From positions 60,067 to 124,066 of the IMG/VR virus record IMGVR_UViG_3300037851_000345: a stretch of DNA of 64,000 bases. One strand, written 5' to 3'. Position numbers and translations under genes: made by a program. Of this stretch, positions 45,075 to 53,717 are shown one piece after another. The stretch comes from a virus (taxonomy: Duplodnaviria; Heunggongvirae; Uroviricota; Caudoviricetes). The number at the start of each line of letters is the position of its first letter. The first letter of the stretch is position 1. The notes under the pieces are model-generated. The model saw nothing but the letters and a program-made list of their open reading frames with translations, was not told the origin of the DNA and searched no databases.

Positions 45075-45301
45075 AAAAGATAGTATTATAAATTAGGAGA
45101 ATAAAAATGGAAAAAATTTTGTGGTGGATTTTGGCAGCATTTTTTTCTTTGTTTATTGTTAGCGCGACAGGTTACGGTTTGTACCTGTTGGGTGGAATCG
45201 GCTTGCTTGTTATTTTACCTATCGTAGCCTTTATTGACTACGGCCTGTTAAAAAAATTAGGCATAATTAAGTAAGTCAACTTGATTGAAATGAATGAATG
45301 A

Positions 45302-46051
45302 ATGGCTAATATAAATCAAAACCCATATTCTTATTCCATTCCCCCTTCTACTCCTTTAACAGAGGCCGACCTTAAAACTCTCGCCCAACTTAAAGTACAA
45401 AAAGAGAAGCCGCCTGCTGTCGAAAAGAAGGAAGAGGCCGAAAAGTTAAAGAAGGCCATCAAGCTTGAAGAGGCCAAGAAACTCAAACGAGAGAAGAAAA
45501 TCCGACCTCTTCTCCGCTACTACAATACCGAACTGCTGATTCCCGTCAGCCGAACCCAAATTGTTCCAGGCAACTGTTACGTCTTTGCTTACTCATCATA
45601 CGAACACGTTCCAACGCCTATTGTATTTTATGTTGGGAGTGACCCACGGTACAACACTCTAGAAGGTATCTCTCTGCAATATCTTTCGACAGGAGAACGC
45701 AAAAGATTGTTCGAATTTTTTCGTAAAACTCCCTTGCACTCTGAAAAAATGATGAAAGGTTCGATGAAGGTCAATAGCCTCTTGGGAGAGGAACGCCACA
45801 TCTTCCGCAAGTCTTACACTTCAGATTCCATCTACGACTATATCCGCAAAAAGATGAAGGATAAAGTACTCTTTTATCGTAGATATAAATTCAGTAAAAT
45901 TAACTCTCGTATCTACGTAGTTCCGATTGAAGCACTTGAACGGGCCTTGGAAGTGATAACTCCTGTTAAACCGATTGCCCCTTTAAAATTAGAAGAATCA
46001 AAGAAGAAATTTGGTAGCATAATCAATCAACTTTCACAATACAGGCATTAA
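45302..46051 (+). CDS. gp2: DNA end protector (T4 gp2-like)
   Basis: PGNCYVFAY...PIVF...GISLQYL...ERKRLF...RRY...VP pattern of gp2; lies in the head gene cluster. Confidence 0.65.
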   Translation: MANINQNPYSYSIPPSTPLTEADLKTLAQLKVQKEKPPAVEKKEEAEKLKKAIKLEEAKKLKREKKIRPLLRYYNTELLIPVSRTQIVPGNCYVFAYSSYEHVPTPIVFYVGSDPRYNTLEGISLQYLSTGERKRLFEFFRKTPLHSEKMMKGSMKVNSLLGEERHIFRKSYTSDSIYDYIRKKMKDKVLFYRRYKFSKINSRIYVVPIEALERALEVITPVKPIAPLKLEESKKKFGSIINQLSQYRH

Positions 46052-46064
46052 AAATAGATTTTGA

Positions 46065-46071
46065 ATAAATA
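46065..46071 (+). promoter_or_regulatory. Late promoter (portal)
   Basis: ATAAATA then AGGAG. Confidence 0.6.
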
Positions 46072-46090
46072 ACATTAGGAGTCAATTAAT

Positions 46091-47827
46091 ATGGCGCGTA
46101 TGACCAAAGAAGAGCGCAAGATACAACAACTTGCTAGCCGCAAGGCATTTATAAAAAGAATCTTTTCGATGTTCGGTCGGCAACCAAAAGCCGGAAAACT
46201 TATCAAAAAAGAGGAGGCCGTTATACCCTATACAGCAGACGGCTTGTTCGGGAAGGGAGATAGTACCCTATCGAAGCAGTATACAGATTACGTTTACGGG
46301 TCTTATCTCGTAAAACATGCTTCCAAAGAAAGAATCCGTGAGTACTACCGAATGGCAGCCGACCCTGAAATCAATTATGCCTTGACGGAAGTTGCAGATG
46401 AAATCGTGCAAGAAGATGAAAACAAGAAACTCTTCATGCTCAAATTTGACGAGGACGTTAAGACTCCTACACGGGAAATCCTGATTACCGAGTTCCGTGA
46501 TTTAATTGTTAACCGTTTGCGATTGGGAGACTACAATGCTGTTTGGGAATGGGTCTATAAGTGGTTGGTTCAGGGTATCATCCTGTTCAAAATCAATTTC
46601 TCCACCAAGGAAGCGACAGGGGTGGAAAGCCTAGAAGAACTTCAACCTTGGCTTGTTACGAAGTTCATGGCTGAGAAGACCGTGGAAAAAGACGAAAGCA
46701 AACAGGAGATGGAGAAGCACTACTACATAGTGAAGGACAATGAAGGTGCGGAAGAAGGATACAAGTATCGTGAAGAAGAAATCCTTCGCTTCGACTGCGG
46801 ATACGCATATGACGGTGAGTTCTTTTCGATGCTTGAATTTGCCAAGAAGGATTGGCGTAGGCTTAACCTTATCGAAGACGCAACAGTTATCTACAAATTG
46901 AGCCGCAGTCCTCTTCGCAGAGTATTCAAGGTCTACGTAGGCAAGATGGCTCCAAAGGATATTGAACACTACCTCTACGATTTCCGTCAGAGACTTCGTG
47001 AAGATATTCAGTACGATTCCGAGAAAGGTGAAATCATAGGGTTCAACCCTATCACAATGCTTGATGACTACTTCTTCCCCGTGATGGAAGGTGGTCAGGA
47101 AATCTGTACTGTTGATACCGTTTCGGAAAAGGATACTAAGTGGGAATCGATGGATGAAATCCGTTACTTCTTGGGTAAAGTCTATCGTGCGATGAAGATT
47201 CCTGTCGGTAGAATGAACCTTCCTAACGAAGCGGGTGAGTATTCGACCGCGACCACGGGAAGTAGAATGGGTGAAATCATGCGGGATGAAGTCAAGTTTG
47301 CTAACTTTATCAAGAGGCTTCAAGGTCGATTCATGGAGCAGTTTATTCAGGAATTGTTCTACCGCCATCTATTTTTCCGTGGGTTAGTTGACAAACTTCA
47401 GTTGAAGAAACATCAGGTTGAAGTTCGCTTCAGCCATGTCAATCCATATTCGGAATTGAAGTCAGCGGAAGTGGAAGAGTGGCGTTCCAATTCATTTGCC
47501 GCTTTAAACGGTCAGAACCCATTATTCTCATTCATCTACCTTTCCAAGAGGTACTTAAAGTGGACAGATGAAGACTTGCGTGAAAACTTCAAGTGGTTGA
47601 AAAAGGAACAGAAACTACTTGCAAGTTTTGGCGGTGGAGCGGGAGTTGAAGGTGGTGGCGGCGGTGACTTGATGGGTGGTGCAGGCGCAGGAGAAATTCC
47701 AGGCGCGGGGGGGGATGAAACTTTGACGGAAACTCCACCTGAAGAAGCCGCTGAAATAACGGGTACAGAGGTAGCAGGGGGTGAGGCGGCTCCTGCGGCC
47801 CCGGCCGCACCAGTCGCATCCGCTTAA
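46091..47827 (+). CDS. gp20: Portal protein (T4 gp20-like)
   Basis: YYRMAADPEI..AL.EVADE, EDATVIYKLSRSPLRRVFKVYVG, MLDDYFFP, YRAMKIPVGR. Confidence 0.93.
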   Translation: MARMTKEERKIQQLASRKAFIKRIFSMFGRQPKAGKLIKKEEAVIPYTADGLFGKGDSTLSKQYTDYVYGSYLVKHASKERIREYYRMAADPEINYALTEVADEIVQEDENKKLFMLKFDEDVKTPTREILITEFRDLIVNRLRLGDYNAVWEWVYKWLVQGIILFKINFSTKEATGVESLEELQPWLVTKFMAEKTVEKDESKQEMEKHYYIVKDNEGAEEGYKYREEEILRFDCGYAYDGEFFSMLEFAKKDWRRLNLIEDATVIYKLSRSPLRRVFKVYVGKMAPKDIEHYLYDFRQRLREDIQYDSEKGEIIGFNPITMLDDYFFPVMEGGQEICTVDTVSEKDTKWESMDEIRYFLGKVYRAMKIPVGRMNLPNEAGEYSTATTGSRMGEIMRDEVKFANFIKRLQGRFMEQFIQELFYRHLFFRGLVDKLQLKKHQVEVRFSHVNPYSELKSAEVEEWRSNSFAALNGQNPLFSFIYLSKRYLKWTDEDLRENFKWLKKEQKLLASFGGGAGVEGGGGGDLMGGAGAGEIPGAGGDETLTETPPEEAAEITGTEVAGGEAAPAAPAAPVASA

Positions 47828-47830
47828 ACA

Positions 47831-47837
47831 ATAAATA
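47831..47837 (+). promoter_or_regulatory. Late promoter (protease)
   Basis: ATAAATA then GGAGGAG. Confidence 0.6.
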
Positions 47838-47857
47838 GACATGGAGGAGATTAGTAG

Positions 47858-48499
47858 ATGTCAAAACAAGTTTTGATGGAAACGGTATCTGAGATTAAGC
47901 CCGTTGTTGACAAGAAAAACAACTCTGTTTGTTTTGAAGGTATTTTCGGTTTGGCTGGGAAGAAGAATCTTAACGGAAGACTTTATCCACTTGTCGTCAT
48001 GGAGAAAGCGGTTAAGGATTACAATTCGAATTTTATCGACAAACACAGGGCTTTGGGGGAACTTGACCATCCAGAAGATGCCTCTGTTAATCTCCGAAAC
48101 GCCGCCTTTATCGTGGAACAACCCCTGAAAATCAACGAGAAAGGTGAGGTCATCGGCAAGGCAAGAATCCTAGAGAACACGCCGATGGGAAAGATTGCCG
48201 CTGACCTGATGCGGGAAGGCGTGGTCATCGGCCTTTCGTCAAGAGGACTTGGTGAAATTGCCGAGAAGGAAATCGTGAATGAGGAATCGGGAGAGAAGGA
48301 GATGGTGAACGAGGTTTCGGACTTCTCAATCGCTTCCTTCGACTTAGTTTCCGAGCCGTCCATCGGGATGTTCGTACAACCTTCAAAACAAGTTGAAGCC
48401 GTTCACAAGCCAGAAGAAAAGAAAATTGCCGAGAAGGTCGAACCTTCTCTCAACGCAGGCGACTTGGTTTCGTTGTCAGAAATTTTGTTTGAGGAGTAA
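47858..48499 (+). CDS. gp21: Prohead core protease (T4 gp21-like)
   Basis: NLNGRLYP, ALGELDHP, GLSSRGLG, FDLVSEPS. Confidence 0.93.
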   Translation: MSKQVLMETVSEIKPVVDKKNNSVCFEGIFGLAGKKNLNGRLYPLVVMEKAVKDYNSNFIDKHRALGELDHPEDASVNLRNAAFIVEQPLKINEKGEVIGKARILENTPMGKIAADLMREGVVIGLSSRGLGEIAEKEIVNEESGEKEMVNEVSDFSIASFDLVSEPSIGMFVQPSKQVEAVHKPEEKKIAEKVEPSLNAGDLVSLSEILFEE

Positions 48500-48502
48500 A
48501 AT

Positions 48503-48934
48503 ATGAAACTAACACGGGAAGACGTTCAAAAATATGGGACGGAAGACGAAAAATTATTCTTGAAGGAATATCAGACTATAACTGATTCACATAAAGGGTT
48601 TAAAAAACATACTTGGGATTTTGATGATAAAATTGCTAGTAATGCCAAACTAAACAAGAAATATAGTCCAGAAAATGAGCAGATGGTGGACTATGATTAT
48701 ATAGTTGTTTATTTTGACTACCCTCTTGAATTCCCTGTTCCATTTGTTCTCAGAAATCCAGGCGGATTTACTAAACAGCAATTCTTAGATGCCGTCAGGG
48801 AAAAGTATAAAGAAATTTATGCCGACCCTAAAAAATATCCCACTTGGGGCCACGATATAGTTGATTTATATTTGGAGGGGGCTAGAGAATCCAAAGCCTA
48901 TCCTGGCATTTTTAAACTTGATATGGGTTCATAA
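48503..48934 (+). CDS. Protein with N-terminal EDIxKYGT module
   Basis: MKLTREDVQKYGTEDEKLFLKE followed by an AT-rich unrelated domain. Confidence 0.65.
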   Translation: MKLTREDVQKYGTEDEKLFLKEYQTITDSHKGFKKHTWDFDDKIASNAKLNKKYSPENEQMVDYDYIVVYFDYPLEFPVPFVLRNPGGFTKQQFLDAVREKYKEIYADPKKYPTWGHDIVDLYLEGARESKAYPGIFKLDMGS

Positions 48935-48941
48935 AAAATAA

Positions 48942-49298
48942 ATGGACTACTTAGGCAAACACTACTTAGTTGAATTGTACGGCTGTGAACAAGGCCACAT
49001 CAGCGATGTCGTGTTTGTCGAGAATGTGATGAAGGAAGCCGCAACCGAAGCAGGTGCGGAAATCATTACGTCCGTTTTCCACAAGTTCGGGGAATTGGGG
49101 GTTGCAGGGGCCGTGATAATCACCGACAGTTACTACGGGATTCGCACGTGGCCTGAGCAGAAGTACGTGGGTCTAGACCTTTTCGCCTGTAACGAAAAGT
49201 TGGCTAACGATAAGGCTATCGCACACTTGATGCGCAAGTTTGGAGCCACCAAATATTCGGCCTCCGAAATTAAGCGCGGGAAAAAATTGGAGGGATAA
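48942..49298 (+). CDS. speD: S-adenosylmethionine decarboxylase-like proenzyme (divergent)
   Basis: GKHYLVELYGC, FHKF..GVAG, DS...RTWPE...DLFAC; canonical ESH..IHTWPE is altered. Confidence 0.75.
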   Translation: MDYLGKHYLVELYGCEQGHISDVVFVENVMKEAATEAGAEIITSVFHKFGELGVAGAVIITDSYYGIRTWPEQKYVGLDLFACNEKLANDKAIAHLMRKFGATKYSASEIKRGKKLEG

Positions 49299-49299
49299 T

Positions 49300-49563
49300 A
49301 TGAAACTGACACGAGAAGACATTCAGAAGTACGGGACGGAAGAGGAAATACAACTTTGGGAATCCCAAGACCCATTAGGCAAAAGAATATATGATGGTAA
49401 CTTTGATGGGGTTAAGGAATTATTGAGGGATTTAGAAGTAATAATGTTCGCGGCAAGACGCAATGCTAGAAAAGATAGCACTCATTATAGATGGCAACCA
49501 GTCTTTGAGGCTTTACAGACAGCGATAGACCAAATAAAACAACCGTATTCTTATTGGAAATAA
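49300..49563 (+). CDS. Protein with N-terminal EDIxKYGT module
   Basis: MKLTREDIQKYGTEEEIQLWE; RBS GGAGG. Confidence 0.65.
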   Translation: MKLTREDIQKYGTEEEIQLWESQDPLGKRIYDGNFDGVKELLRDLEVIMFAARRNARKDSTHYRWQPVFEALQTAIDQIKQPYSYWK

Positions 49564-49564
49564 A

Positions 49565-49726
49565 ATGAACCCCCTAACTAAACATCTCATCGTTGAATTG
49601 TATGGCTGTGATAAAGACCGCATCAGCGATGTTGTTTATAAGGTGCTATCATTTTTAGTTCGTAAGTTTGGGGTTACCAAATATTCTACCCCCGAAATCA
49701 AACAAGGAAGTAAAACGGAGGGGTAA
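49565..49726 (+). pseudogene. Internally deleted duplicate of the speD-like gene
   Basis: KHLIVELYGCDKDRISDVV joined to FLVRKFGVTKYSTPEIK; the catalytic core is missing. Confidence 0.75.
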
Positions 49727-49727
49727 G

Positions 49728-49997
49728 ATGCCATTAACCAAAAAAGGCAAAAAGATTATGAAAAATATGAAAAAGCAGTATGGTAAAGAAAAAGGTGACC
49801 GGGTCTTCTATGCCTCCGCAAATAAAAAACGCATCAAAGGGGTTCATGCCGAAGATATTGATAAATATACAACCCCTGAAGAGAAAGAATTTTTGAAAGA
49901 ATATGATAATGCTTATCTATCTACAGATTACCAACATGGGTTTAAAGATGGATATGACCTAGGTTGGAAAGAGCGGGATGAAAGGGGAGAAAGGTAA
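49728..49997 (+). CDS. Basic mini-domain (MPLTKKGKK...FYASANK) fused to the EDIxKY module
   Basis: VHAEDIDKYTTPEEKEFLKE at 49842-49901. Confidence 0.65.
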   Translation: MPLTKKGKKIMKNMKKQYGKEKGDRVFYASANKKRIKGVHAEDIDKYTTPEEKEFLKEYDNAYLSTDYQHGFKDGYDLGWKERDERGER

Positions 49998-50043
49998 GAT
50001 TTGCACTTTAACAAGATTTTTCTGGTTGGAAATAACGAAAATC

Positions 50044-50050
50044 ATAAATA
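50044..50050 (+). promoter_or_regulatory. Late promoter (scaffold/capsid)
   Basis: ATAAATA then AAGGAG. Confidence 0.6.
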
Positions 50051-50071
50051 TATGATGAAGGAGCATACTCA

Positions 50072-50986
50072 ATGAAGAAAAAGTCAGCCGAGAAACTCGA
50101 AAAGATAAAATCTCTATTTGAGAAGGTCGGGATTGATATTAGTGATGAACAGGTACAACTTTTTGTTACCACCTTCGAACTTCAGAAATCAGAGGCAATT
50201 GCAGAAGCCGTTGCTCCTATTCAGGCGAAATTGGATGAATATTCCAAGCGCAATTATGAATTGGTCGGCGCACTAGAAGAAGCAAAACAGTTCAAAGACC
50301 ACTTCGAAAAGACGATTGACGAAAAGACGAAACAGATTGAAGCCATCAAGGTTCCCAACCTTCCGAATATTGAGGAAGCCATTACGAAGCCTTTGACGGA
50401 GAAACTCAATCTGTTCGAAAAGAAGATTACCAAGTTGAACGAGGCTGTGAATAAAATTAATGAGAAAATTCTCCCGCTAAACATGGAGGCTGATATCAAG
50501 AAGATTAGCGATATCGGCAACGTCTTCGGTAATTACAAAGACCTATTGGCAAAGGCCTTGGTGGAGGTTGAATCTACCGAGATTAAGACCTTGAGGGAAA
50601 AGGTCGCTGTCGCTGAAAAGAAGGCGGCTGATGCAGAGAAGAAGGTCATACATCTTCAGGAGCAAGTCATCAGGGAAAGACAAAACACAGAAATCACCCT
50701 GTTGATGGAGAACTCCTCACTAGATGCACAAGAGAAAGAACACCTTTATAAATACTACGAGAAAGTAGGACACGAAGAAGGAAAGAACGAAATAGAAAAG
50801 TTTATCTCTATGAAAGAGACAAAAGAAAGAGAGAAACCCGTACAACGCTCCTTTGTCCGAGAAAATGTCGGCGGCGTAAAACCCATGAACGAGACGGGAA
50901 TTTTACGAAAGGGTACACGGCTAATGGGGGAATCAACGTCCTTCTCCCGTGAGTTAGAAGAATGGGCCGAAAAAGCGGGCGTTTAG
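50072..50986 (+). CDS. gp22: Prohead core scaffold (T4 gp22-like)
   Basis: Coiled-coil E/K-rich protein directly upstream of the major capsid gene. Confidence 0.75.
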   Translation: MKKKSAEKLEKIKSLFEKVGIDISDEQVQLFVTTFELQKSEAIAEAVAPIQAKLDEYSKRNYELVGALEEAKQFKDHFEKTIDEKTKQIEAIKVPNLPNIEEAITKPLTEKLNLFEKKITKLNEAVNKINEKILPLNMEADIKKISDIGNVFGNYKDLLAKALVEVESTEIKTLREKVAVAEKKAADAEKKVIHLQEQVIRERQNTEITLLMENSSLDAQEKEHLYKYYEKVGHEEGKNEIEKFISMKETKEREKPVQRSFVRENVGGVKPMNETGILRKGTRLMGESTSFSRELEEWAEKAGV

Positions 50987-51004
50987 TCTAAAGGAGGCTA
51001 ACAT

Positions 51005-52369
51005 ATGTACGGAACAGGAGAACAGAAGTTAAAAAGACTTCGTGAAAAATGGTCTCGTCTATTGAAGGGAATTAAAAATGACGAAACCAGAGACATGACC
51101 GCAATCGTTCTTGAAAACCAAGAAGGCGAGATGCGGACTTCCCTTCGTGAAAGCACCATTTCGGGCTACGGCTTCGGACCAGGCACTTCGCCTACACCAG
51201 GAAGCGACATCGACAAGTTTCCAAAGTTGATGATTCCTATGGTTCGCCGTATCATGCCACAACTGATTGCCAATGAAATCTTTGGCGTTCAGGCGATGGA
51301 AGGCCCGGTCGGTATGGCATTTACCCTTCGTTGGGTTTATGACACAACCGTAACGTGGACAGACCCCGTAACAGGGCGTGTGTACACCACAACTGCTGAC
51401 TCTCAGGCATATATTCCAGGTTCGACCAATTTGAACCCTGTTTATTCGGGTGATTGGAACAACGCAACCTACGAGAGTTCTGCAGATGACACTACTGCCA
51501 ACACAGGCGGTTTCGGTTTGAGAAATGACCGTGGTGAATTGCTTTCGGATATCTTGCAGACCCCTGGTGCTACCTACGGTAACGCACCTGATGGTACAGG
51601 CGGTGTGTATCCTTATTCGGAAGGTTCGCTCAAAATTATCAATAGACTTATCGAGGCTCGCACTCGTAAGTTGAAAGCAAATTGGTCGCAGGAAGCAGTT
51701 GACGACATCAAGAAGGTTCACTCGTTGAATCTTGAACAGGAAATTGTTGACTTCCTCTCGTATCAGATTCAGGCAGAGATTGACCGTGAGTTGATTTTGG
51801 CCGCATACAATCTTGGTACAACCAATGGCTTGTTCACTTGGGACTTGGCTTCAACGGATGGTCGTTGGCAGGAAGAAAAGTACAAGACTCTCTATCACGC
51901 AATCGTCAAAGCATTGAACTACATTGGTCATCAGACTCGTAGAGGACGTGCAAATTGGATGGTTGTGTCTTCGGAAGTTGCTTCAATCTTGTCAGCAATC
52001 AAGGCCTTTGACTACAGCGCAGTTCAGCCTGTCGATGGCTTCGAGCCTTACGAGGGCGGTGAAGGCGTTGTATACTTGGGTACAATCGAATCCGGCAAGG
52101 TTAAGGTTTACCTTGACCTGTATTGGGAAGCACCTGCAAACAACGTAGACAAAGAGGTTGGTTACATCTTGATGGGTTACAAGGGAAAGAAGAGTTTCGA
52201 CTCAGGTATCCTTTATTGCCCATACATCCCAGTGATGATGATGAAGACCATCTCGCCACATGACTTCCACCCACTACTCTCGTTGGGTAGCCGTTACGCC
52301 ATTGTAACGCAACTTTTGGACACCGAAAAATATTATGCCGTGGTATCGGTACGCAACAGCGCATTGTAA
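51005..52369 (+). CDS. gp23: Major capsid protein (T4 gp23-like)
   Basis: LENQ, PMVRRIMPQLIANEIFGVQAMEGP, EARTRKLKANWSQE, EIDRE, FDSGILYCPYIP, SRYA; predicted cleavage LRE/S. Confidence 0.96.
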   Translation: MYGTGEQKLKRLREKWSRLLKGIKNDETRDMTAIVLENQEGEMRTSLRESTISGYGFGPGTSPTPGSDIDKFPKLMIPMVRRIMPQLIANEIFGVQAMEGPVGMAFTLRWVYDTTVTWTDPVTGRVYTTTADSQAYIPGSTNLNPVYSGDWNNATYESSADDTTANTGGFGLRNDRGELLSDILQTPGATYGNAPDGTGGVYPYSEGSLKIINRLIEARTRKLKANWSQEAVDDIKKVHSLNLEQEIVDFLSYQIQAEIDRELILAAYNLGTTNGLFTWDLASTDGRWQEEKYKTLYHAIVKALNYIGHQTRRGRANWMVVSSEVASILSAIKAFDYSAVQPVDGFEPYEGGEGVVYLGTIESGKVKVYLDLYWEAPANNVDKEVGYILMGYKGKKSFDSGILYCPYIPVMMMKTISPHDFHPLLSLGSRYAIVTQLLDTEKYYAVVSVRNSAL

Positions 52370-52391
52370 TCCAGCATAGTAGAAAACTAAG

Positions 52392-52422
52392 GAAAGGGGT
52401 TAGAAATAACCCCTTTCTTTTT
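52392..52422 (+). terminator. Rho-independent terminator after the capsid gene
   Basis: GAAAGGGGTTA-GAAA-TAACCCCTTTC-TTTTT. Confidence 0.9.
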
Positions 52423-52453
52423 ACCCATAACACAGTAGTATTTTATAGCAGAG

Positions 52454-52464
52454 TGTGGTATAAT
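52454..52464 (+). promoter_or_regulatory. Extended -10 promoter
   Basis: TGTGGTATAATTAAAGGAG. Confidence 0.7.
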
Positions 52465-52479
52465 TAAAGGAGAGATAAA

Positions 52480-53037
52480 ATGAGATGTTATATTTGTGAA
52501 CAGGATTTACCTGAGACTGAATTTTATGAAGCCCCTGAACAATCAAGAGGATATACTTATGACTGTAAAAAATGTAACAACAAAAGGTCATTAGAATATC
52601 AAAAAGAAAATTGGAGAAAAGTAAAAGCAACTCACGATGAGTGGATGAAAAATCACCCCGAACACAAAGACTATCAAAATGAGTACAATAAAACTTACAG
52701 ACAACTTCCTAATTTTAGAGAAAAAAATAGAGAGTATCAGAAAAAATACGCACGTACTGAAAAAGGTAGGTACGCTGGTATTTTAAGAACCAACCGTTAC
52801 CGTTCCCGCTCACGGGCTTTAATTAACGACCTCACCTACGAACAATTTCTAACAATCAAAGAATCCCAACAAAACAAGTGCGCCATCTGCCACAAACCTT
52901 TCACAGACGAAAGACGTTTCGAACTCGACCACATCGTACCTGTCGTAAAATCCAAACCTGGCGACCCAGGCCTGACCTACGGCAACACGCAACTGCTTTG
53001 CAGGACTTGCAACGCTGAAAAGAATAGCAAGGTGTGA
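52480..53037 (+). CDS. Free-standing HNH endonuclease with zinc fingers
   Basis: CYIC...CKKC; CAIC...ELDHIVP...NTQLLCRTCNAEK. Confidence 0.88.
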   Translation: MRCYICEQDLPETEFYEAPEQSRGYTYDCKKCNNKRSLEYQKENWRKVKATHDEWMKNHPEHKDYQNEYNKTYRQLPNFREKNREYQKKYARTEKGRYAGILRTNRYRSRSRALINDLTYEQFLTIKESQQNKCAICHKPFTDERRFELDHIVPVVKSKPGDPGLTYGNTQLLCRTCNAEKNSKV

Positions 53038-53043
53038 TATAAT
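53033..53043 (+). promoter_or_regulatory. Extended -10 promoter variant
   Basis: TGTGATATAATTAAAGTAGGAG. Confidence 0.65.
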
Positions 53044-53060
53044 TAAAGTAGGAGCCAAGA

Positions 53061-53312
53061 ACGGTTTCTAAAAAGAAAGTCAAAACAGCAAAAAGGGCAA
53101 GAGTCAAATTTGCCAATGTACAAATCACAGAGACCTGTACGGGATATCAATGTCCCCATTGTGGAGTCCTATTCTGTAATGCTGGCCCAAGAAAAAATGT
53201 TACCCGATTTCGTTGCAGAGAGTGCGACAACGAAATCATCATCGATGGTTGGGATGAATTGACCTATCAAGATTTAATGAAAGGCAATTTCAAAAGAGTT
53301 ATTCCGGGCTAG
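53061..53312 (+). CDS. Zinc-ribbon protein with apparent ACG start
   Basis: AGGAG-CCAAGA-ACG, then an open frame of 83 codons with CPHC...CREC; no upstream ATG/GTG/TTG in frame. Confidence 0.55.
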   Translation, partial: TVSKKKVKTAKRARVKFANVQITETCTGYQCPHCGVLFCNAGPRKNVTRFRCRECDNEIIIDGWDELTYQDLMKGNFKRVIPG

Positions 53313-53345
53313 GCACAAATGACGAAAATGGTGAGGGGGTAAAGA

Positions 53346-53717
53346 ATGAAAAATTTTTTTATTCGAGTGAAAAAAATATTTATCATCTGCCCTGTGCGGA
53401 TTATTACGGACGAACAGCGTCAAGAAATTGATGATTACATCAAGCAGAAAAAAGAAGAGGGATTTTCCGTTCACTCTTACAAGAACATCAACCAAGTTGA
53501 CCCCACAGGCGGCGTGAATATCTGCGCCCAGCACCGCAAGGTGATGCTAGAGTGCGATGAAGTCCACGTCTTTTTCGATGCGGCAAGTTCGGGGTCTCAC
53601 TTTGATTTCGGGATGGCCTTTGTCTTAGACAAACCTATCAAGTTAGTGAAGGTCTATCAACCAACCCCAATTGGAAAATCATATCAAGCGGTGTTGGAAA
53701 AAATTACAATTAAATGA
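53346..53717 (+). CDS. Nucleoside 2-deoxyribosyltransferase/nucleotide hydrolase-like protein
   Basis: IFIICP...CDEVHVF...SSGSHFDFGMAFVLDKPI resembles the NDT S.GT..E.G.A...KP motif. Confidence 0.65.
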   Translation: MKNFFIRVKKIFIICPVRIITDEQRQEIDDYIKQKKEEGFSVHSYKNINQVDPTGGVNICAQHRKVMLECDEVHVFFDAASSGSHFDFGMAFVLDKPIKLVKVYQPTPIGKSYQAVLEKITIK

